Notes under the pieces: model-generated
The model's input: the letters and a program-made list of their open reading frames with translations, nothing else
Database searches by the model: none
What the model was told of the DNA's origin: nothing
Made by a program: the position numbers and the translations under genes
Origin: Anaerolineae bacterium
GTDB lineage: Bacteria; Chloroflexota; Anaerolineae; B4-G1; DUEL01
DNA length: 38,534 bases
Assembly: GCA_034435815.1 (NCBI GenBank)
Contig: DAOTWK010000239.1
Span: 1-38,534 of the forward strand
Direction of reading: 5' to 3'
Shown: positions 16,429-26,836 of the stretch, one piece after another
How the letters are laid out: each line of letters begins with the position of its first letter
Numbering within the stretch: position 1 is the stretch's first letter

Positions 16429-17586
16429 CTATTTCAGTTTCTCCTCCCCACCGAAGGGCCGATACGGGCTCAGTTGATCCAGAATCTCCTGGTCTTCCGA
16501 GGTGATGGCATTCTGCACCATGTGGGTCAGGAGGACGCCGACGCCCGGCCCCAACATGTATCCCTGGCCACACATCCCGACGGCGTAGATATACCCCTCC
16601 AGTTCCCGAGCCCAGCCGATGATAGGGAAGCCATCAGGGGTCATCGGGTAGAGGCCCCGCCAGGTACGCCGTACTTTGATGTTGGCCAGTTTCGGCATCA
16701 GGTCCACCATCCGCCGGGCAATCATGGGCAGGAAGACGGAGGTCTCCCGCCGGTCGGTGCCGATGATGGGCGGCTCCGGGGTGATGCAGAAGACAACCGG
16801 GCCGGGTTTGTGCTGGTAGAAGTAGTAGTTCTTGGAGCCCTCCGCGGGGCGGATGTCCACGACCATTGGCTCCAGGAAGCGGGCGACCGGCTCGGTGATG
16901 CCTGCCTCGTGGCAATCCGGCACCACGGGCACATCCAGTCCGGCCATCTGGGCGACGGCGCGCGCCCAGGGGCCTGCGGCGTTGACCACCACTTCGGTGG
17001 CATAGCCGCCCCGGTCGGTGCGGACACCTACCACCCGTCCCCGGCGGCGGATGATGCCGGTGACTCGCTCCCGGAAGTGGAACTCGGCGCCCCGCTCCCG
17101 CGCCCGCATGTAGAAGGCGTGGGCCGTCAGTAACGGAGAAGCGGAGCCATCGCCCGGAGAGTACGTCCCGCCGATTAGCCCGTCCGGATTCAAGTCCGGA
17201 ATGACCTGGAGGAGGTCGTCCCGGTCCAGCCAGCGGATGTTCAACCCGTAGGAGTGCTGGATTTTCAGCAGGTTCTTGAGGACCTGCTCCTCCTGCTCCC
17301 GGTAGGCGACGAAGGAGTACCCACCCTGGTACCATTCAATGTCGTCGCCATAGGTCTCCTTCCAGGTGGAGAAAATCTCAATGGACTTGAGGCAGAGGCG
17401 GATTTTGGCGGGGTCGGAGTGGGTGGCGCGGATGCCGCCAATGGCGGCCTTGTTGGAACCTTGTCCGGGACTGGCGAACTGGTCAATGACCAGGACTTTC
17501 AGACCGGCGTCGGCCATAAAGAAGGCGGCGGGCAGGCCGATGCTCCCGGCACCGATAATCACCACGTCGTAAGTCTGGGTGGTCAT
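16429..17586 (-). CDS. FAD-dependent oxidoreductase (sarcosine oxidase beta / DadA-like)
   Basis: 385 aa. The N-terminal dinucleotide-binding motif is YDVVIIGAGSIGL. RBS AGGAGG is present. Confidence 0.8.
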   Translation of the reverse strand: MTTQTYDVVIIGAGSIGLPAAFFMADAGLKVLVIDQFASPGQGSNKAAIGGIRATHSDPAKIRLCLKSIEIFSTWKETYGDDIEWYQGGYSFVAYREQEEQVLKNLLKIQHSYGLNIRWLDRDDLLQVIPDLNPDGLIGGTYSPGDGSASPLLTAHAFYMRARERGAEFHFRERVTGIIRRRGRVVGVRTDRGGYATEVVVNAAGPWARAVAQMAGLDVPVVPDCHEAGITEPVARFLEPMVVDIRPAEGSKNYYFYQHKPGPVVFCITPEPPIIGTDRRETSVFLPMIARRMVDLMPKLANIKVRRTWRGLYPMTPDGFPIIGWARELEGYIYAVGMCGQGYMLGPGVGVLLTHMVQNAITSEDQEILDQLSPYRPFGGEEKLK

Positions 17587-17606
17587 GGGGCCTCCTGAGG
17601 GTGAGA

Positions 17607-17947
17607 TCAGGACTCCTCCTGGGAGATGAGAGACTCCAGCATCGCAACCAGGTCAGACAGGTCATGCTGGACCGTCTCCCAAACTTTGACCAGGTCTACT
17701 TCAAAATACCCGTGGATCAGCCGATTTCGCATCCCGATAATCTCCGCCCACGGAATCTCCGGATGCATCTCCCTGGCAGTTGCGGAAATCCGACGGGCGG
17801 CCTCACCGATGACTTCCAGCGACTTCATGACCGCGTTCTGATGCAGCCGGCTGTCCCAAAGGCTGCTCTGTCCATTCCTCGGACAAACTCACAGGCCTCC
17901 CGCGCCGCCAGCAGCATATCCAAGAGGTAACCCTCATCGGTCTTCAT
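17607..17947 (-). pseudogene. hepT: HepT (DUF86/HEPN) toxin gene with a 1-nt deletion
   Basis: The N-terminal part [30 protein letters not shown] is in one frame. WDSRLHQNAVMKSLEVIGEAARRIS...RNRLIHGY (RxxxH HEPN motif) is in the next. The break is at the sense TTT run (plus strand 17858-17860). Confidence 0.75.
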
Positions 17948-18246
17948 AAGATGGCCTCCAGCGAGCCGAGAATCGCCTTGCGGCGAATGTAGTTCCGGCT
18001 GCGCTCCACCGCTTCCCATTCTACCAGGTCTACTTCCCGTCCAAAAATCCGAGAGAGTTCCTCTGGATACGGCTCACAGTCAGAAGGCCGTAGTGCGAAT
18101 CCGGGGCGAATTGGACCAAGACGTCTACGTCGCTATCGGGGCGGAAGTCCGAACGCAAAACGGAGCCAAACAATGCCAGGCGGGTAATCTTGTATTCCTG
18201 GCAAAGCCGGACCAGTTCCTAATAATTCACTCGTATGCGTTCCATT
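17944..18246 (-). pseudogene. mntA: MntA-type nucleotidyltransferase antitoxin gene with three lesions
   Basis: My translation of the minus strand gives [24 protein letters not shown] / [39 protein letters not shown] / [39 protein letters not shown]. Lesions: an in-frame TAG at 18220-18222, a +1 insertion at 18179-18181 and a -1 deletion near 18058-18064. The stop overlaps the hepT start (ATGA). Confidence 0.7.
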
Positions 18247-18256
18247 TCGTTCCGCT

Positions 18257-19432
18257 TCACGGCACAACGCCGCCGCAGGAGGCATAGTTGGCGTTGTGTT
18301 CCGCCTCCGTCCGGGCGAAGAGATGGCTCCCGTCGTTCTTGTGGCAGTCGGCGATGAAATAGAAGTAGTCGGTTTGGGCCGGGAAGGCCGAGGCCTGGAT
18401 GGACGCCAGGCCTGGACTGCAGATGGGGCCCGGGGGCAGGCCGGGGTAGCGGTAGGTGTTGTATGGGTGGTCTATTTCGGCAAGGCTGTTCACGCCCAGT
18501 TCGTCAAAGTAGAGCCGACGCCACCACTTCCCGGTCTTTGCGTCGTAGCCCAGGGCGTACTGGACGGTAGGGTCGGCGTTGAGGAGCCAGCCGTTCCGCA
18601 ACCGGTTCAGGAAGACGCCTGCGATAATGGGCCGCTCCTCGGGGATGACGGCCTCCCGCTCCACCAGCGAGGCCAGGGTGACCAGTTGGTGGACGGTCAG
18701 GCCCTGGTTGGCCGCTCCCATGCGCATCTCTTCGGTCACCCGCGCGTCAAAGGTCGCCAGCATACGGGCCACCACGTCATAGGCCGTCACCTCCTCCGGC
18801 AGACGGTAGGTCTCCGGGAAGAGATACCCTTCCAGGCTGGTCCCCGGCGGCAGGTCGGCCAGGAAGGGGTAGTCCTTCAGGTCGGTCTCCCGCCAGCCGG
18901 TGGTCACCAGGGCGATGAAATCCGCCTCGGCGACGCCCGTCTGCGCGGCGACGGCGGCGGCGACCTCTTCCAGCCGGAGTCCCTCACGGATAGTCACCAC
19001 CCGCTCTGGGCGAAGGCCGGTCTGCAGCGCCTCGGCAATTTCGGGAATGGTCATCGTCTGGCGCAGGGTGTAGGTGCCGGCCTCCAGCCCGGCGTCCATA
19101 CCCTTGTATTGCAAGTAGCGCCGGAAGAGTTCGGCGTTGGAGATGAGGCCGGCCTCCTGGAGGCGCTGGGCGACCGACGCCGCCGTCTCCCCGGGCTGGA
19201 CGACGAAGGTGACCGGGGTGTCGTCGGTGCCGGCGGGGCGCTGGAGTTCTTCGGCGTGCATCTGGATGTAGGTCTCCAGGGCGATCTCTTTGGGGGAGCC
19301 TGCCGCGCTAAGGTTGCAGATGGAGATACCCAGTCCGCCGGTCCGGCGGAATGCCCACACACCCCCGCCGACGATAATGGCAACTGAGGCCAGCGCCAGC
19401 AGAAAGGCCACGACACGGGCTGTTTGTTTCAT
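18257..19432 (-). CDS. mltG: Endolytic murein transglycosylase MltG (YceG-like)
   Basis: ATG at 19432 is preceded by GAGGTG. There is an N-terminal TM segment. YLFPETY, LASLVEREA and GVFLNRL motifs are present. Confidence 0.88.
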   Translation of the reverse strand: MKQTARVVAFLLALASVAIIVGGGVWAFRRTGGLGISICNLSAAGSPKEIALETYIQMHAEELQRPAGTDDTPVTFVVQPGETAASVAQRLQEAGLISNAELFRRYLQYKGMDAGLEAGTYTLRQTMTIPEIAEALQTGLRPERVVTIREGLRLEEVAAAVAAQTGVAEADFIALVTTGWRETDLKDYPFLADLPPGTSLEGYLFPETYRLPEEVTAYDVVARMLATFDARVTEEMRMGAANQGLTVHQLVTLASLVEREAVIPEERPIIAGVFLNRLRNGWLLNADPTVQYALGYDAKTGKWWRRLYFDELGVNSLAEIDHPYNTYRYPGLPPGPICSPGLASIQASAFPAQTDYFYFIADCHKNDGSHLFARTEAEHNANYASCGGVVP

Positions 19433-19514
19433 GTTCACCTCTTGCGAAACCACGAAGACGCGAATGGACAATTCGCAATGAACGATTCCTCGTGTCTTCG
19501 TGTCTTTGTAGTTT
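19433..19514. other. Structured ruvX-mltG spacer: octamer repeat (CGTGTCTT x2, 19491-19506) and a long nested hairpin
   Basis: cacgaagacgcg (19451-19462) pairs with cgtgtcttcgtg (19491-19502) with one mismatch. An inner stem gaatgg-acaattcgc region has GCGAAT/ATTCGC complementarity. Confidence 0.65.
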
Positions 19515-19931
19515 TTACTCTTTCTGGGCTTCCAAGAATCCCTGTAGCAGGACGGCAGCGGCGACGGCGTCTACATCGCCGCGCCGGCGGCGTTTTCCGG
19601 GCCGCCGGACAGTCTCCAGAATCTCCTGGGCAGCGACCGTGGTGTAGCGCTCATCCCACAACTCCACCGGCACCGGCAACGCCTCCGCCAGGGCCTGCGC
19701 GTACGCCTCCACCCAGCGGGCCTGGGGGCCCACCTCGCCGCGCAGGGTCAGCGGCCGCCCGATAATCACCTGCTCCGCGCCGTGCTCAGCGACCAGTCGG
19801 GCAATGGCGGCGAAGTCCTCGGCTCGGGACTTCCGCTCCACCACCCCCACCGGTCGGGCCACCGTCCCGGTAGGGTCGCTGACCGCCACGCCGATCCGTC
19901 GTTCTCCCAGGTCCAGTGCCAGCACGCGCAT
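19515..19931 (-). CDS. ruvX: Holliday-junction-resolvase-like / pre-16S processing nuclease RuvX (YqgF)
   Basis: MRVLALDLGERRIGVAVSD...VIIGRPL...DERYTTV. I chose the ATG at 19931; GTG at 19946 is also possible. Confidence 0.88.
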   Translation of the reverse strand: MRVLALDLGERRIGVAVSDPTGTVARPVGVVERKSRAEDFAAIARLVAEHGAEQVIIGRPLTLRGEVGPQARWVEAYAQALAEALPVPVELWDERYTTVAAQEILETVRRPGKRRRRGDVDAVAAAVLLQGFLEAQKE

Positions 19932-19942
19932 CGTGAAGGGAA

Positions 19943-20361
19943 TCACAATTTCCCCTGGTTTGCTAAACCAATAAACTCTTCCAGTGTGACCACTTTAACC
20001 GCTTCGGCTTTCTGAATATACTCTCGCCACTTATCGCCGATGAAATAATTGCGCTTGCTCCAGCCCCTTCCCCCTAATACCACATAGGCCCGACTGATTC
20101 CCCTGTCCGGATCGCCTCAGCCAAACACATAATTTCGTAAGGGACTTTCTGCTCCGCAGTGCCAGACACCTGTTGCCATTTTAAAGAAATGATGATTTTC
20201 TCACCCAGAGCATTCGTCGCAACAATGTCAGCCTTGTGAGCGCCACCACCCAGCCGCTGGCCTACGACAACCTGCTCTTCATAACTGTAATGACCATACT
20301 TCAGAGCGGGCAGCACCATTTGCTCCAGGACGGCTCCGGTGGTGGTCTTTCTGGGATTCAT
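19943..20361 (-). pseudogene. Small PD-(D/E)xK-type restriction endonuclease of R-M module 2, frameshifted
   Basis: The 95-aa ORF (…HKADIVATNALGEKIIISLKWQQVSGTAEQK…) stops at 20074. The next frame continues without stops as …AYVVLGGRGWSKRNYFIGDKWREYIQKAEAVKVVTLEEFIGLANQGKL to the TGA at 19943-19945. The shift lies near the C4/G4 run at 20100-20103. The start overlaps the MTase stop (ATGA). Confidence 0.6.
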
Positions 20362-21947
20362 ACGACTTCCTCTCGGCGAAAGATCAGCAGATAATGATGA
20401 ACAATTTTAAGAAACTCTCGGGAATCTGAAGGCATAGAAGAAGAGTTATCCGGGACTACAATCACAATCTCCTTTAGGCGAAGATGGTGGTAGCGGCTCA
20501 AATGCTCCAGTAGCAGAAGTCCTGCTGGCAAAAGATGTTCACCTTCTCGTATGTCTTCCGTTCTCACAGCCAGGAAACCACCAGGCAAGAGAACCCGCTG
20601 ACAATCTTCAGCGATCCGGTCAACGGTTTCCAGAAAACCGTAAAGATACGAGCGGGGAGGAATCTCCCCAGGAGACCCATAAACATAAAGGAGTGAAAAC
20701 GGACCATCCAACGAGGATTCCTCACCTTCCAATTTCGTCGCTTGATGAGGGAAAAGGCAGATTTCTGCCACTTGCGTTCCGCCAGCCCCAAAGCGGTTTG
20801 CCAGATTGCGAACGATTTCCAATTCCCACCGATGGGCCGGAAGAATCCACACGGAAGTAGTCTCCAAGTTCTTATCCCTCGCCTCTCCTTCCTGGATTAT
20901 CTCCCGGTGGAGTTTCCAAGAAAAAGCGCATGGAAGGAAAGTCCCCTCCTCTTGTTGTTTTTCCTCAACCGGTTTTTCAAAAATCGGCAGATACTCATGA
21001 GCCAGTAGCAGAAAGTTATACTGAAGACTACGCGCATACCAAAAACCGGTCGTCTTACAATTGTGCTGCCGCTTGATCACCAATTCTCTTAAGCGGAACC
21101 CTGCGTTGAGGAATAATCGGATCGTCCAGAATCCAATGGGCAAGACATGACGGGATTGTCGGGTATCTCCAATGAGAAGCGCGCATTTTCCCCCCGGTTT
21201 CAGGACACGCCAACTTTCTTGAGCCACCTTTCCCATTTCTTCAAGAAACCGGGGGATAGGAAGAGACGAAAGGTCGCCCTCTACCTGCGCGCTATAGTGT
21301 ACAATTCCGGCATAGGGGGGATGAGCACAGATTAAGTCTACGCTTTCCGCCTCAACAAAGGAGAGTGTCCGAGCATCTCCAACGCGGGTTTCCGGTTCGT
21401 AGACCGGCCCGACCTCTACCAATGGCGGTACCTGAAAGGACAGGTTCTCTCGTGTGAGTTGAATAGCCTGGGGGTTGATGTCTATAGCGATACAGCGTCG
21501 TCCTAAAAGCTTGGCCTCCACCGCCGTCGTGCCACCACCGACGAAGTAATCCAGCACCACGTCCCCCGGACGGGAGTACTTCAGAATCACATTACGGGGA
21601 ATATATGGAGACCAGTTCCCGCGATACCGTCCATCATGAGTCGCCCAATCACCCCGTTTCTTAAAACTCCAGACGGTGGTTGTTTCCTCCCGGAAATCGC
21701 TGGGTGTGCAGGCCCGAATCCGCTTTTGACGCGCCAGCGAAGAGATATTCACGCCATAAGCTTCCGTGATGATCTGTTCTAATTGACGAAACGAGATGCC
21801 AAACGTAACCCCGATTTCTGCATCCGGCATTCCTCCCGCCTTGGCCTCCAGCACGGCAGAGCGGAAAGCATCTTCTCCGTGCTCCTGGCGGAGGTGATTT
21901 CCCAGAGGCTGAGAAATACGTTCTCCACAAATCAGGCAGGTCTTCAT
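20358..21947 (-). CDS. DNA methyltransferase with N-terminal Zn-finger/HTH region and a degenerate second methyltransferase-like half
   Basis: 529 aa. The N-terminus has CLICGE...HLRQEH plus an HTH-like GMPDAEIGVTFGISFRQLEQI. Motif I is VLDYFVGGGTT...AIDINP and motif IV is LICAHPPY, then RVLKPGG...HEYLPIFEK. Residues about 360-529 repeat this pattern in degenerate form. GC is about 40-50%. Confidence 0.7.
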   Translation of the reverse strand: MKTCLICGERISQPLGNHLRQEHGEDAFRSAVLEAKAGGMPDAEIGVTFGISFRQLEQIITEAYGVNISSLARQKRIRACTPSDFREETTTVWSFKKRGDWATHDGRYRGNWSPYIPRNVILKYSRPGDVVLDYFVGGGTTAVEAKLLGRRCIAIDINPQAIQLTRENLSFQVPPLVEVGPVYEPETRVGDARTLSFVEAESVDLICAHPPYAGIVHYSAQVEGDLSSLPIPRFLEEMGKVAQESWRVLKPGGKCALLIGDTRQSRHVLPIGFWTIRLFLNAGFRLRELVIKRQHNCKTTGFWYARSLQYNFLLLAHEYLPIFEKPVEEKQQEEGTFLPCAFSWKLHREIIQEGEARDKNLETTSVWILPAHRWELEIVRNLANRFGAGGTQVAEICLFPHQATKLEGEESSLDGPFSLLYVYGSPGEIPPRSYLYGFLETVDRIAEDCQRVLLPGGFLAVRTEDIREGEHLLPAGLLLLEHLSRYHHLRLKEIVIVVPDNSSSMPSDSREFLKIVHHYLLIFRREEVV

Positions 21948-22008
21948 TTTCAGCGGTACCCAAGTTGCTCTGAACCCTGGTCTGGCTATTTGATCGTTTT
22001 CACCGAAT

Positions 22009-23547
22009 CTATCTTCCAGGGTTAACGTCTATCCGGATTCGCATCGGCAGCAGGGGCATCCGCATCAGCCACTGGGGCCAGACCTGTATCTGGGGTGGCT
22101 GAGCCAGCGGCCACTGAGCGGCAAGGAGGTCGGCGGCTTGAGCGACGCTCTTCCCGCGCACCGTCTGCCGGACGACCTCCGGGTCCACTTCCGCCGCTGC
22201 GTAGCCCACCGCCGAGACGGTGAACTGAATGACACCGTTCTCGGGGCCCGCCGTCGGCTCCCGAATCTGGAAGTCGGTATCTATCAGCACATGTTCAGGC
22301 GGCAGACGGCGCACCAGGGCGGCGTAGCCCACTGCCTCAGCGTTATCCCGGTCCACCGCCATACCGGTGACCAGCAATTTCATATAGACTTGCAGTTTAT
22401 CCGCCTGTTCGTAGAGGAACCGGTCGTACGAGACTTCGCTGGCCTGAATCTCCAGCGATTGCCGGAAGAGCACTTCGGTCGGTTCCAGGTACGTCTGCAG
22501 GCCCTGGTAGGCCTCCTCCAGCAACCGGGCCGTCAACTCCTTCCGGGCCCGGTCCATATCTTCCTGGGAGACGGCGCGGACTTCCTTGAGGCCGCCGCCT
22601 CGCGTCGGCTCGGGGTTGATGACCCGCAGGGCCAGGGCACTAACGCCTTCCACCTGGTTGATGAGTCCGGCGTCCACGTTGCCGGCCGGACCCTCCTCCA
22701 GGGCCTCTATAGGGGCCGGGGCCTGGCCGAAGGGAGACACCGTCACATCGCGGGTGGTAGCGAAGCGGACCGGGAAGGCGCCAGCGGACGTGCGGACAAT
22801 GGTGCGGGCGGGGACGGTAATCTCCTGGCCCAGCATGTTGGTGAAGAGGACAGTTCCGGTAGCCCGGCCCGACTCATAGGCGGCGGTGCCGGTGGTCTCC
22901 ACTTCCAGACTGCCCGCGAAGTAATCGCCCACCCGACGGGCGGGAATCTGTCCGCTGGCGGCGTCCACCGCCTGCGTTTCCAGCCCGGCCCAGACAGGGA
23001 CGGCCGCCCGGACGGTCTCCACGGTGGGGGCCAGGGTGACGGTAGCCTGGGGGACGACCGCATAGGCGAAGGCGATGATGACCAGCATGGTGGCGACGAA
23101 AACGGTCAGCCGGGCACCCAGGCGGACGTTCTGGGCCCAGGGCGGGAGCGGGCGGGCCGGCGGCGGTCGGAGCGGGACTTCCTCCTCCCACCAGGCGCGG
23201 GGCGGTGGCTTCAGGGGCTCCCGCTCCGGGCGGGGCCAGATTTGGGCCGCCTCCGCCTCGGCGATGGACGCGAAGGCCGGCAGCCCGATCCAGCGGACAT
23301 AGGCCCGCCGGTCCGGGTCCTCGGAGACGACGGCGACTTCGGCGCCCAGCCGCTCTGCCTCTCGGCGCACCCGTTCGCCGTCCAGCGGATTGGAGAAGAG
23401 ACGGGTCTCCCAGGGAAGGACAATGATGACCCGGCCGTCGGTGCCGGCACTCCGCTGTGCTCCGTGCCTGACTACGAGCGCCTGGCGTAAGCGGTGGCGC
23501 AGGACGGTCAGGTCATCGTCGGGGTGAAGGGAGATGATGTGCGGCAT
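22009..23547 (-). CDS. Hypothetical single-pass membrane protein (cytoplasmic N-domain, Pro-rich linker, TM, large extracytoplasmic domain)
   Basis: 512-aa ORF at native high GC. The TM segment is LTVFVATMLVIIAFAYAVV. I did not recognise a catalytic motif. Confidence 0.5.
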   Translation of the reverse strand: MPHIISLHPDDDLTVLRHRLRQALVVRHGAQRSAGTDGRVIIVLPWETRLFSNPLDGERVRREAERLGAEVAVVSEDPDRRAYVRWIGLPAFASIAEAEAAQIWPRPEREPLKPPPRAWWEEEVPLRPPPARPLPPWAQNVRLGARLTVFVATMLVIIAFAYAVVPQATVTLAPTVETVRAAVPVWAGLETQAVDAASGQIPARRVGDYFAGSLEVETTGTAAYESGRATGTVLFTNMLGQEITVPARTIVRTSAGAFPVRFATTRDVTVSPFGQAPAPIEALEEGPAGNVDAGLINQVEGVSALALRVINPEPTRGGGLKEVRAVSQEDMDRARKELTARLLEEAYQGLQTYLEPTEVLFRQSLEIQASEVSYDRFLYEQADKLQVYMKLLVTGMAVDRDNAEAVGYAALVRRLPPEHVLIDTDFQIREPTAGPENGVIQFTVSAVGYAAAEVDPEVVRQTVRGKSVAQAADLLAAQWPLAQPPQIQVWPQWLMRMPLLPMRIRIDVNPGR

Positions 23548-23621
23548 GCTCTAAAAACCACGAAATCGCACACTGCTCTTCTACTATTTCTCCGCGCTCT
23601 CCCCACTCTCTACGGTGGGAA

Positions 23622-26384
<2,763 letters not shown>

Positions 26385-26415
26385 AGGCGCTCCTCGTCAA
26401 CACTTTGTGACGCGT

Positions 26416-26444
26416 ATTGTAGTCTAAAGGGGGGAAACTGTCAA
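26416..26444 (-). promoter_or_regulatory. Near-consensus sigma70 promoter for alaS (TTGACA-N17-TACAAT on the minus strand)
   Basis: tgtcaa is at 26439-26444 and attgta at 26416-26421 on the plus strand. This implies a leader of about 30 nt with GAGGAG. Confidence 0.55.
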
Positions 26445-26555
26445 CTTTCTGCGCTAAGGGCTGCGGTTCGGACATCAGTTGGGACATCTGCGTTCTTCCC
26501 TCTCCCCTGGCCGCGGGGCCACGGCCCGAGGGGCCTCGTCCCGTGGGGCTTCGTA

Positions 26556-26589
26556 TTTTGAGCCCGGACGTTTATGTCCGGGCCCAAAA
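26556..26589. other. Palindromic hairpin TTTTG-AGCCCGGAC-gtttat-GTCCGGGCC-CAAAA in the alaS/A2M divergent spacer
   Basis: Read directly. Same T-tract-5'/A-tract-3' architecture as 16311-16340. Confidence 0.75.
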
Positions 26590-26747
26590 CCGTTTCCGAC
26601 GAAATTGGGACACACTCTTCCCCTTTCTGCGGAACTACGGAGCCCGCTTCATCGTCTAAAGAAAATAGAGACGCGCGGAGTTTATCCTCTCCTCAACCCG
26701 AAGGGATATGGGTGGAGTGAGGAACACCGCACTGTAGATTTTACCAG

Positions 26748-26776
26748 TAGACAACCCACCCTATTCGTGGTATACT
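26748..26776 (+). promoter_or_regulatory. Candidate promoter for the A2M gene (TAGACA-N17-TATACT with TGn extended -10)
   Basis: TAGACA is at 26748-26753, and gTGgTATACT ends at 26776. Confidence 0.5.
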
Positions 26777-26836
26777 GGGGTTGCCGCACTGTTCCGTATG
26801 CCGCACTCTGTATTGCGTCCTGCGAAAGGAGCCGCC

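Noticed and set aside
18093-18287. Plus-strand 64-aa ORF in the mntA region.
   Set aside because: It lies antisense to a recognisable (though broken) MntA coding sequence, and has no RBS or motif.
12169-21947. Explaining all frameshifts as homopolymer sequencing errors.
   Set aside because: Five of the six lesions in these modules are at short homopolymer runs, so error cannot be excluded for any single site. Three facts argue for real decay: the lesions are confined to toxin/nuclease genes, one lesion is an in-frame TAG substitution, and the response regulator has a missing 3' end. Read-level data are still required.
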